Below, piece by piece: positions 9,212-19,353 of a stretch of DNA of 61,543 nucleotides. Source of the stretch: Candidatus Collierbacteria bacterium UBA2277 (GTDB lineage: Bacteria; Patescibacteriota; Microgenomatia; UBA1400; MFAQ01); assembly GCA_002347045.1 (NCBI GenBank), contig DDWV01000001.1, positions 553,201 through 614,743 on the forward strand, read 5' to 3'. The notes under the pieces are model-generated. The model had not been told where the DNA came from. It worked only from the letters and a program-made list of their open reading frames with translations, and did not search any database. The translations under genes and the position numbers were made by a program. The stretch's first letter is position 1. Each line of letters starts with the position of its first letter.

Positions 9212-10366
9212 ATGTGGAAAACAAGAGTTTTTTGTGGATATCTTGATATAGACTATAATAAGCTAGTGAAAAATAAATTTTTTAAGTCAGAAAAAAAACA
9301 GATTCCCCTACCAGTATTCTTTCCTGACGCAACGAGAGCAGTGTTGAGAACGCTGGATTCCGTGGATATTGAAAATACGAAAACTCCTGGTGTGTTGGTG
9401 AACACATACCATCTTTACTTGGAGCTAGGAAAGGATATTCTAAAGATGCATGGAGGAGTAAGGCCTTTTATGAATTGGAATGGCGGTGTTATATCTGACT
9501 CTGGCGGTTTTCAGCTTATGTCGTTGGTGAAGGCTAACGGAAATGGAAAAGTAACAGATGAAGGTATCGTCTTTCGACCAAGCAAGAAGAAAAAGATTTT
9601 GTTTACACCTGAAAAATCGGTGGACTTCCAAATGGCGATAAAACCAGACATGGTAGTTGTTTTGGATGACTTTACTGATCCTCGAGCGAACTTTGCTGAA
9701 GCAAGAGAGTCGATAGAGAGAACAATTGAATGGGCTAAGAGATCTAAGGCTGAGTTTGAAAAAATTTGCAAAGATAGAAAACTAAGCAAGACAGAAAGAC
9801 CCTATTTACTTGGCATAGTGCAAGGTGGAGAGTTTTTGGATCTTCGAGCAGAGTGTACAAAAAGACTGGTTGAAATTGGGTTTGATGGTCTGGGCTATGG
9901 AGGATGGCCGATGAAGAGTGATGGAAGTTTTAATTTTGATGTAGCTGCGGTAATGGCCGAAAACACACCTGAGGAGTATTTGCTCTACGGACTAGGTATT
10001 GGCAAGCCAGATGAAGTGGCAAAGTGTGCAAAGCTTGGTTTCTCAATTTTTGATTGTGTTCTTCCGACGCGTGATGCTCGCCACGGAAGACTGTATACCT
10101 TTACAGCCGAAACAATGGATACGATAGATGTGACTCAGGATAAGTTTTTCCGTTATTTTGAACCAGACAAAGAAAGGCATGTAAAAGATATCAATCCTGT
10201 AAGTACCGCTTGTGATTGTTTATTGTGCAAAAAATATACCAGAAGCTACCTGGCTCATCTTTTTCGAATAAAGGATGTTACGGCCTTAAGATTGGCATCG
10301 ATTCATAACTTAAGATTCTATTCCCTGTTGATGGAGAAAATTAGGGAGCAGATCTGGGATGTGTAA
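9212..10366 (+). CDS. tgt: tRNA-guanine transglycosylase family protein
   Basis: NTYHL, SDSGGFQ and GLGIGKP motifs, plus the zinc site CDCLLCKKYTRSYLAHL. The start is uncertain: TTG 9185, ATG 9212 or GTG 9266. A TTGTGG-16nt-TATAAT promoter-like element at 9232-9259 would favour 9266. Confidence 0.8.
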   Translation: MWKTRVFCGYLDIDYNKLVKNKFFKSEKKQIPLPVFFPDATRAVLRTLDSVDIENTKTPGVLVNTYHLYLELGKDILKMHGGVRPFMNWNGGVISDSGGFQLMSLVKANGNGKVTDEGIVFRPSKKKKILFTPEKSVDFQMAIKPDMVVVLDDFTDPRANFAEARESIERTIEWAKRSKAEFEKICKDRKLSKTERPYLLGIVQGGEFLDLRAECTKRLVEIGFDGLGYGGWPMKSDGSFNFDVAAVMAENTPEEYLLYGLGIGKPDEVAKCAKLGFSIFDCVLPTRDARHGRLYTFTAETMDTIDVTQDKFFRYFEPDKERHVKDINPVSTACDCLLCKKYTRSYLAHLFRIKDVTALRLASIHNLRFYSLLMEKIREQIWDV

Positions 10367-10403
10367 AAATCAAAAAGACCCCATAAGGAGTCTTTTTGAT
10401 TTT
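10366..10403. terminator. bidirectional rho-independent terminator between convergent tgt and groEL
   Basis: AAAATCAAAAAGAC ... GTCTTTTTGATTTT forms a perfect 14-bp inverted repeat around a short GC-containing loop, with A/T runs on both sides. Confidence 0.75.
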
Positions 10404-10419
10404 ACTTGCTAGATAAATC

Positions 10420-12350
<1,931 letters not shown>

Positions 12351-12395
12351 ATATTTAAGATAATTATTAACTGCTGAGAGTTGAGTATACACTAA

Positions 12396-12422
12396 ATAGC
12401 ACTCAATCCCTACGAGTGCTAT
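12396..12422 (-). promoter_or_regulatory. CIRCE (HrcA operator) inverted repeat upstream of groES
   Basis: ATAGCACTC-N9-GAGTGCTAT compared with the consensus TTAGCACTC-N9-GAGTGCTAA. Confidence 0.85.
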
Positions 12423-12423
12423 T

Positions 12424-12450
12424 TTTATACAAAAAATATGTTCTTGTCAA
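12424..12450 (-). promoter_or_regulatory. sigma-70-type promoter of groES-groEL
   Basis: The minus strand reads TTGACA-15nt-TATAAA, with a TG just upstream of the -10. It lies immediately upstream of CIRCE. Confidence 0.55.
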
Positions 12451-12456
12451 GAGGGA

Positions 12457-13176
12457 CTAAAGAGCTCCTCCTTGGAAGTTGGGGCAGTTATCTTTGTACC
12501 AAACCATCGCTTCTTCAGAACACGCCTTTTGTCTTTCGTTGTCTAAAATTGGCATGCAGTCTACCCATCCCGACTCCGGACAAGTGAATTTTGAGACTTC
12601 ATCGGTAAACTTAAGTGAAGAAAGAATAATAGACTGAGTAGCGTCTAGCTCGGTTTGCCCCGACACAATGGCAATGATGTCAATATTTTTGGATGCTTGA
12701 ACTAAGTGCAACTCTTGGTCATTATTTTTCGGACCTGGACCACCTATTTCTTGCGAACCTTTAGGGAAGTAATACTCTTGCCAGAGGTTATCCCCTAGAG
12801 TTGTAGCTCCTCTAGAAACTATTCCCTGGCGAACGGAGGCTGAAGGAGCAATGATAACTCTAAAATATAACAGGTTCCCTTCATGAGTGAACTCAATGTC
12901 TGTTAGACCTGAGTACTCGGACTGAGTGACGACAATTTCTGGAGGATATTTTAAGGAAATTAAGTGTTTGGGGTTGGAGTATGTCTCCCACGTGGCTGTT
13001 TCGTCGATGACTGGAGTTGGTGTTGAGACAGGGGTTAATGAAGGGGCTGGAGTGTCTTCTGAATTTCTTATGTGTGAGAATAAGCGAGAAACCATCACAC
13101 CAGAAAGAATACCAAAAAGAATTAGAGCTAAGATGACAAGAAATACTTTAGGTAAACTTGACTGCTTAGATGACAA
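12457..13176 (-). CDS. signal-anchored extracytoplasmic protein (hypothetical)
   Basis: One TM (VFLVILALILFGILSGVMV), then a Thr/Pro linker and a Cys-containing C-terminal domain. I prefer the TTG at 13176, which overlaps the upstream gene by 11 nt. The ATG-started versions (13407, 13476) would overlap it by 240-310 nt. Confidence 0.55.
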   Translation of the reverse strand: MSSKQSSLPKVFLVILALILFGILSGVMVSRLFSHIRNSEDTPAPSLTPVSTPTPVIDETATWETYSNPKHLISLKYPPEIVVTQSEYSGLTDIEFTHEGNLLYFRVIIAPSASVRQGIVSRGATTLGDNLWQEYYFPKGSQEIGGPGPKNNDQELHLVQASKNIDIIAIVSGQTELDATQSIILSSLKFTDEVSKFTCPESGWVDCMPILDNERQKACSEEAMVWYKDNCPNFQGGAL

Positions 13177-16100
13177 GGGTGTCTTTTCCGTGGGGGCGGG
13201 TAACGTCTTCTGGCTTGGCTGGAAGGTCTGTCTTTGTGTCGAGGATACTGACGGCTGATGTGGGTCGTTGCTCCAGTTGGCTGGTGGATGAAACTTTTGG
13301 CTTAGGGATTGGTCTACTAAGTCTTCTTGAAGGTTCTGGCTGGAAGTGTTGAGGTCCTGGTTGAGATCTTGGACCGGATCTGGGTTGATAGTTTTGTTTA
13401 GATTCATATGTGTTTTCTGGTTGATTTTTAATTTGAGTTTTTGAAGATAGAAGGTCTTGTCTTTTGAGTATTTCAAGGACTGAAGTAGTGATCCTGAGCT
13501 TACCTCCTTGCATGGAAGTTTTAATTAGATCAAGGGCTTCTTCGTAGTTCGTCCAGCGATAATTGTTGTATTCCTCACCTGAAGGGAAGGTGAGGAAGGT
13601 GCCTGTGGAAGTAGCCTTGAAGAAGTAATACTTTTTACCCTTCATAACAACTGACTTGTCTGTATCTGTTATTAGTTTTCCAATCCCATGTTTGTCTGGT
13701 GGAAACTCAATCTTGTCGGCAGCAATAATAGTGGGCTTGAAACTAGTTTGTTTTACAAAGTCGCTTCCAAGATTTTCAGTCATTTCACGCTTGAAGCCAT
13801 CGACTATGTTTTCTTTGTTTTCTATTCCCCCTTGAGGAAGTTGCCAGAGTTTATGTTCTTTTTGGTATACGAGAAGGATTTTCCCTGAGTTAAGGAAGCA
13901 ACCAACAACGCTTGGACGAAGGCCTTCTTCTCTGTCTTGGTCTAGCTCTTGAAGCGAGGGTTCGTGAAGAGAGTTTGTAGGAGGTGTGGGGTTTGTGGGT
14001 GGTGCAGAGTTTGCTGGTGATGAGGAAGATGATTGGGTGTATGACTTATCATTTCTTTGGAAACTATCTTGACGTTTTTGCTGAGTATTGCTTGGAGCGT
14101 ATATTGAAGCCTGAGACATGTCTAGAGCTTCTGTTTTACGATAGTATTTTTCTTCGCTAGCTTCAATAATTTCCTCACGATGTCCACTTTTGTTTTCTGG
14201 AAGAGGAAGGGTGGTCGCTGAAAAAGGATTTGAGATAGAAGCTCCGACTGAGATTTTTACTATTATCTGATATCTGGCCAGACCAACAAGGTCGTCTTGA
14301 GTGTAGAAGTTTCCAAGTTCATTCATAAGCCTGTTAGCATCGGCAGCTCCGACAACAAAACTGATTAGAGTTCCAGCGTTACCAAAAATAGCGTCTTGAA
14401 TCTCTATTGGAAGCTGAGCAGTGTACTGATTAGCTAGAATTAGGTTAAGGCGATATTTTCGAGCCTCAGAGAGGATTTTGATAAAAGAAGTGGTAGCAAA
14501 GTTTTGAAACTCATCAACATAGAGAAAGAAATCTTTTCTTTCTGTCTCTGCCATGTTGGCACGGTTCATGGCTGCAATCTGAATTTGTGAGATAAACATA
14601 GCACCAAGTAAGGCGGCGTTGTCTTCACCAATCTTTCCTTGAGGTAGATTTAGAATAATTATTTTGCCATTGTTCATTAGGTCTTCGAAGTCAACAGTTG
14701 AGTTTGGATGACTGATAATATCTCTAATGGTTGGTGAGGTAATAAATTGACCAACTTTGTTTAGAATTGGAGAGATGGCTTCGGACTGAAATTTTTCGGA
14801 GTATTTGTCGTATTCATCGTGCCAGAAATTGTGAAGAACCGGATCCTGAACTACAGCTAGATACTCTTCTCTAAAAGGTTTATTGGTAAGAAGACGAGGA
14901 ACGTCGAGCAATGTTGCCCCAGGTTTGGCTACTAAAGTGAGAAGGGTGTTTCTAAGTATGTACTCAAGACGAGGACCCCATGAGTTTCCATAGAGTTTAC
15001 TAAAAATTGAAACAATTCCTGAGGCGACAAGCTCTGAGTAGGCAGGGTTTTTAACATATAAAGGATTAAGATGAAAAGACTTGCCAACAACTGAAGGATC
15101 AAGGTAAGCTACATCGTCTATTCTGTTGTCCGGAATGTAATCAAGTAGATGTTCGGCGGTGTCACCGTGTGGGTCAACAAGAGCCATACCTTCACCCTGG
15201 CGGATATCATTTATAGCCATGTTGGCTAGTAAGGTTGATTTTCCTGTACCTGACTTACCAAGGATATATACATGTCTTCGACGGTCTTCTCCTTTTTTCA
15301 TACCAAAAGAGACCATTCTGTTTTTGTATTCAGTTTTGGCGAAAAAGTTGATTTCTCCCTTCTCTTCATCAGAGATATCTTCTTCTATGGGTAGATTGGC
15401 TGGTGGCTCTCCGCGTAGAGTTTTACCCCAGGCAATACCTTTTATATTTGCCAGGTTTAGCCCTGGTAAATGAAACATGGCGGCAATTTCTGAGTAATTT
15501 AAGTATTGATATTGGTTTGAGTACTTCGCTGAACGATCGGTAATCATACGACGAAGTTTGTCGTATGAGGATGACTTGATTGACTTAAGCTTAAGACTAT
15601 TTCCCTCTGAAAGAGAGTAGGTGCCAAAAGCGGCCGCAATCTGAGATATTAACTGACTGGAAGTGGCTTCGTTGGGAGTAATAGCAGCGAGACGAATATC
15701 ACAACCATATGCTTGATAAGCAAGTTTTTTTTCGATGAGAGCCTTCTGAGGATTAGGTTTGGCTGACTCGCCTTCTGAGGATGGTTTGGCTTCAAGCGAG
15801 GACCGAAGAGACTTTTGCCAGTTTTCTGGTGCAGCGAATAAACAGATCTGGATAACAGCTGACTGATTTGCGGGGACTCGAGAAAGACTTCCAAGAATTG
15901 CGGTTATTTGGTCTACTTTTTCATCTTCAGTGACATTTAGAGGGAGATGAGATGGCGATGAAAGTACTAACTGACCCATCTGAGGACGACCATGATTAAG
16001 CCAGGTTTCAAGATAGTCCTTCATGGGGGTAATGAGAGCTGTTGGATACTGTGCGGCTATTTGAGATCTAACAAGGTGTTCTAGGCGTTCTGGACAAGCA

Positions 16101-16294
16101 ATTACAAAGTATGTTGTCTGCTCCAAGTTAGCTATTTCTAGGGTGATAGTTTCAAATGAGCTGAGAAGCCTTTCAAAGAAACCAGCCTTGAGAGAAGACT
16201 TTATTGCAGCTAGAAACTCGATAAAAGCTGACTGGCTCGTAAGGGAGTCTTTGGCAGGACGAATTTGCAAGACAGAATATTTGGGCAGAGCCAT
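13166..16294 (-). CDS. TraD/TraG/VirD4-like P-loop ATPase (coupling-protein-like) with a C-terminal Nudix-like domain
   Basis: Walker A ILGKSGTGKSTLL, Walker B-like FFLYVDEFQNF, then RKYRLNLILANQYTAQL...FGNAGTLISFVVG. The C-terminal WQLPQGGIENKENIVDGFKREMTENLGS fits the Nudix box. Confidence 0.7.
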   Translation of the reverse strand: MALPKYSVLQIRPAKDSLTSQSAFIEFLAAIKSSLKAGFFERLLSSFETITLEIANLEQTTYFVIACPERLEHLVRSQIAAQYPTALITPMKDYLETWLNHGRPQMGQLVLSSPSHLPLNVTEDEKVDQITAILGSLSRVPANQSAVIQICLFAAPENWQKSLRSSLEAKPSSEGESAKPNPQKALIEKKLAYQAYGCDIRLAAITPNEATSSQLISQIAAAFGTYSLSEGNSLKLKSIKSSSYDKLRRMITDRSAKYSNQYQYLNYSEIAAMFHLPGLNLANIKGIAWGKTLRGEPPANLPIEEDISDEEKGEINFFAKTEYKNRMVSFGMKKGEDRRRHVYILGKSGTGKSTLLANMAINDIRQGEGMALVDPHGDTAEHLLDYIPDNRIDDVAYLDPSVVGKSFHLNPLYVKNPAYSELVASGIVSIFSKLYGNSWGPRLEYILRNTLLTLVAKPGATLLDVPRLLTNKPFREEYLAVVQDPVLHNFWHDEYDKYSEKFQSEAISPILNKVGQFITSPTIRDIISHPNSTVDFEDLMNNGKIIILNLPQGKIGEDNAALLGAMFISQIQIAAMNRANMAETERKDFFLYVDEFQNFATTSFIKILSEARKYRLNLILANQYTAQLPIEIQDAIFGNAGTLISFVVGAADANRLMNELGNFYTQDDLVGLARYQIIVKISVGASISNPFSATTLPLPENKSGHREEIIEASEEKYYRKTEALDMSQASIYAPSNTQQKRQDSFQRNDKSYTQSSSSSPANSAPPTNPTPPTNSLHEPSLQELDQDREEGLRPSVVGCFLNSGKILLVYQKEHKLWQLPQGGIENKENIVDGFKREMTENLGSDFVKQTSFKPTIIAADKIEFPPDKHGIGKLITDTDKSVVMKGKKYYFFKATSTGTFLTFPSGEEYNNYRWTNYEEALDLIKTSMQGGKLRITTSVLEILKRQDLLSSKTQIKNQPENTYESKQNYQPRSGPRSQPGPQHFQPEPSRRLSRPIPKPKVSSTSQLEQRPTSAVSILDTKTDLPAKPEDVTRPHGKDTLVI

Positions 16295-16313
16295 GATACT
16301 AGTATATACAAAA

Positions 16314-16925
16314 CTAAGAGGAAGCGGGGGTGGAAAGAATTGTTTGGGAAGAGCGCCTAGAACCTGAGTCCATTAGTTTTACTTCTGAGAAAAGAACGTT
16401 CTCAATAATAAGAGCCTTGTCTTCAAAAAGTTCGTTCAGTTCGTCTCTAAGCATTTTCTCAATTTGAGTTCTTTCAGTCCCAATTTCTGAGGAGTTGAAC
16501 TTGCTGAATGCCGAAGAGATGCGACTCCTTGAATAAGGCCTTACAACTTTTGAGATAAAGTTGTCGCCAATGTTTTCCCAGAGCTCTGGGGCATTGGCTT
16601 TGTCTAGCTTGAATAGAATTGAACCTTCTATTGAGATTGTTTTATTGTCTTTTGTGGAAGCAATGATAGGTTCATCTCCGAGAGCCTCCTTTTGACTTAG
16701 GTCAAAGCCATGACGGATAGTATATTCAAGAATCTGAGCGTTAAATAATTTTGCGATTTGCCAAAAAGGAAACTTAAGATGAAGGCCAGGACCCCAAACT
16801 CGTTTGAGAACACCCAGGCCTCTGTCGTAGACACAAGCTACGTGTCCAGGTGGAACAGAAATAAAAAATCCGCCGACGATTTCGTCAACGAGAAAGGATA
16901 CTACTAATTTATCAAAATCTGCCAT
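16314..16925 (-). CDS. SPFH/Band 7 (prohibitin/stomatin-like) domain protein
   Basis: VPPGHVACVYDRGLGVLKRVWGPGLHLKFPFWQ is the typical SPFH N-terminal pattern after a hydrophobic anchor. Confidence 0.75.
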   Translation of the reverse strand: MADFDKLVVSFLVDEIVGGFFISVPPGHVACVYDRGLGVLKRVWGPGLHLKFPFWQIAKLFNAQILEYTIRHGFDLSQKEALGDEPIIASTKDNKTISIEGSILFKLDKANAPELWENIGDNFISKVVRPYSRSRISSAFSKFNSSEIGTERTQIEKMLRDELNELFEDKALIIENVLFSEVKLMDSGSRRSSQTILSTPASS

Positions 16926-16966
16926 ATCTATTTGTATTATATAGTCTTTTTAGGTAAAGATGGGAA

Positions 16967-17815
16967 CTAATGATTTCTGGTGGCCTTTTGATTGTAAACT
17001 TCGCTGTTTGATAAATAATTTTGTATTGATTTTGAAAAGTCGATTTTATGGAAATACGCTGAGTGAAGATTAACCCTTTCCGATGTTTTTTTTGGATACA
17101 TATATATAAATTGGAGCGCGTAAAAAATATAATTTATAGGTGCGATAAGTTTTGAGTCTAGTGATTTCTTAGTATTATTTTGTGTCTTTTTGGACTTTGT
17201 CTTTTGATACGCATTTGCTAGATATTTTGAGCTCCATGAGTTTGCTAAAAGAAACTTCTGGTATGTCCCATGACGATCGTATATTGGTTTGATTTGAAGA
17301 ACTTCATGGGCAGTGTAGATATTTCTTCTGGACTTTGGGACAGAAAGATCTGATGTGTCTAGCCAAAGATTAGGGCAAAATGAACTTTGCTTTATTTTAT
17401 TTGGATTGTCTCCTGGATGACGACGGCTAAAAAATAGACTTAAGAACAAGAGAAAAATTGGTCTTGATATCCAAAGTTGATTTGGTTTGGTGATAATTAA
17501 GAGGTCAATATCATCGTTTGGTTTGGCATTTTTTATGGCGACTGAGCCTGTAATGGCGACCATGAGAATGCCTGGAATTAACCTTAGAATATCAACTAGT
17601 TTGTTCGAGAGTAGTTCCTTTTTGTTTGAGTTTTTTGTTAATTTTTGGCGATACTTTGCATCCTTTGAAGTGATATCTGGAATATATTTTTTTAGTTTTT
17701 GAAATGAGATTACTTGATCTGAGATCAACCAAAAATGAGTTTCCTTTGGAGTAAGAGGAAATGAAAAATATTTTGAGTAAAGAATAGTTTTGTCGATAGC
17801 TAAGCGATAGTCCAT
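16967..17815 (-). CDS. nucleotidyltransferase-fold protein (hypothetical)
   Basis: ITGSVAIKNAKPNDDIDLLIIT resembles the minimal nucleotidyltransferase G-S...D-x-D motif. Confidence 0.45.
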   Translation of the reverse strand: MDYRLAIDKTILYSKYFSFPLTPKETHFWLISDQVISFQKLKKYIPDITSKDAKYRQKLTKNSNKKELLSNKLVDILRLIPGILMVAITGSVAIKNAKPNDDIDLLIITKPNQLWISRPIFLLFLSLFFSRRHPGDNPNKIKQSSFCPNLWLDTSDLSVPKSRRNIYTAHEVLQIKPIYDRHGTYQKFLLANSWSSKYLANAYQKTKSKKTQNNTKKSLDSKLIAPINYIFYALQFIYMYPKKTSERVNLHSAYFHKIDFSKSIQNYLSNSEVYNQKATRNH

Positions 17816-17817
17816 AG

Positions 17818-19290
17818 CTATGGAGTTGTGGGAACAGTCGGAGCAGATACTAGTCCGTACTGTGACAGCACTTGAACAAAGCCATTGTTGAGAGTCTCAA
17901 GAGCTTGTGTGACATCTTGATTTCCAGCTATAGAGTTTATTGCGTCTTCTAGATATTTGATGAGCCTTGAGTTTAAAGCTGTTTTTGAGTCTCTTGTAGA
18001 ACTTGCGGTGTAAAAAGTACTGGCGGTGTCAAAACTTGTAATGAAGGGAGAGATTACGGTGTTTTTTTGAGCAATAGTGGCGACAGCTTTGTTTGCGGGA
18101 GGCTGAGGAAATTCTCTTTCTGTAGTGGCTGAGTCGTATAAAATTTGTTGAGCCTTGGCAGAAGCGAGAAAACTCAAAAACTTCCAGGCTTCTTGAGGAT
18201 GTTTGCTATTTTTTCCAACGGCTTCAAACCAGTATGATGACCAGTTTACAGTATCAGAGTCAGGGAGTTGTGGAACAGGTACTGTTTGCCATGAGAGAGA
18301 GGGATTTATTTCTTTTATCTCTGGAGCTCTCCATGTTGGAGCAATAATCATAGCAACTTTTTCATTGGCAAAGGCGACCGTGGAAGGTGGCAAGGTGTCA
18401 TCCCAGACTCGGTGTTTGTTGACAAAATCGGTGTAGTAATTAAGAGTAGCTGATACTTCTGGACCTGTTGGGTCTGATAATTTTATGCCTGCTTGAAGTA
18501 ACATAAGACTGACAATGTCAGGCCATTGGTCTACATTGGTTGTGTTTCCAAGCGCAATCCCTGCCCTGGTAAGTTTTCCGGTGAGAGGATCAACTTCTTT
18601 GAGTTCTTTTGCGGCAGACAAGACATCTTCCCAGGTTTTTGGAGCAGTGAGTGATTTTTGCTGAAACATGGCGTTGTTCATATATAAAGCAAGTCCTTCC
18701 ATTGTCATGGGAACACCGTAAACTTGAGTCCCCGCAATCAAGGTTTTAGAGACAATAGGATAAAAATTTGTTGATATTTCTGTAGAAGAGACTGTGTTTG
18801 CTGGGGCAGGAAAAAGGGATTTGGCAAATAGTGGTAACCAAGTGGAGTGCAGACGGATAATGTCTGGTGAGTTTTGACCTTCTAAGGCGGTGAGAGCACG
18901 ATCTTGATAGTCTTGTGGAGACTGCAACTGATAACTAATTTTGATACCAGGATTTTCTTTTTCAAATTCATCGATAACTGGTTTCATCACTGAACTAGGT
19001 TCCCATAAGCCATAGTATGTAAGAGTTATCGTTTCCCCTTTTTGTGCTGACTTGGTAGATGACTTTCCGCCAAATAATTTGGAAATTCCAAAAACAATAA
19101 GGGCAATGACTATTATTCCACCTAGGATTGGAAGAATTAATTTTAGAATTGAAGGTTTCACAACCGGGGCTTTTTCTGACGCTGGAGGTTCATAGCTTGG
19201 AGGAGGAGGAGTGGCCTCTTCTGGCATGGCAAGTGGAGCAGATGGCTCTGGGACATTTGAGGGACCTGGTAAAGGGAATTGGTTGTCCAT
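17818..19290 (-). CDS. ABC-transporter-type extracellular solute-binding protein, TM-anchored
   Basis: A Pro-rich N-terminus and one TM are followed by a family-1 SBP-like body (ITLTYYGLWEP..., AMIIAPTW). Confidence 0.65.
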   Translation of the reverse strand: MDNQFPLPGPSNVPEPSAPLAMPEEATPPPPSYEPPASEKAPVVKPSILKLILPILGGIIVIALIVFGISKLFGGKSSTKSAQKGETITLTYYGLWEPSSVMKPVIDEFEKENPGIKISYQLQSPQDYQDRALTALEGQNSPDIIRLHSTWLPLFAKSLFPAPANTVSSTEISTNFYPIVSKTLIAGTQVYGVPMTMEGLALYMNNAMFQQKSLTAPKTWEDVLSAAKELKEVDPLTGKLTRAGIALGNTTNVDQWPDIVSLMLLQAGIKLSDPTGPEVSATLNYYTDFVNKHRVWDDTLPPSTVAFANEKVAMIIAPTWRAPEIKEINPSLSWQTVPVPQLPDSDTVNWSSYWFEAVGKNSKHPQEAWKFLSFLASAKAQQILYDSATTEREFPQPPANKAVATIAQKNTVISPFITSFDTASTFYTASSTRDSKTALNSRLIKYLEDAINSIAGNQDVTQALETLNNGFVQVLSQYGLVSAPTVPTTP

Positions 19291-19353
19291 ATAAAATTTC
19301 AGTTAAAATATGAGTAGTTAGATTTTCTGACTCTTAGTATAAGTATACCAATA

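Noticed and set aside
12457-13476. The ATG-started 339-aa version of the membrane protein downstream of the ATPase-Nudix gene.
   Set aside because: It would overlap the upstream gene by 240-310 nt on the same strand. A TTG at 13176 keeps the TM anchor with only an 11-nt overlap. The ambiguity is reported as a finding rather than resolved.
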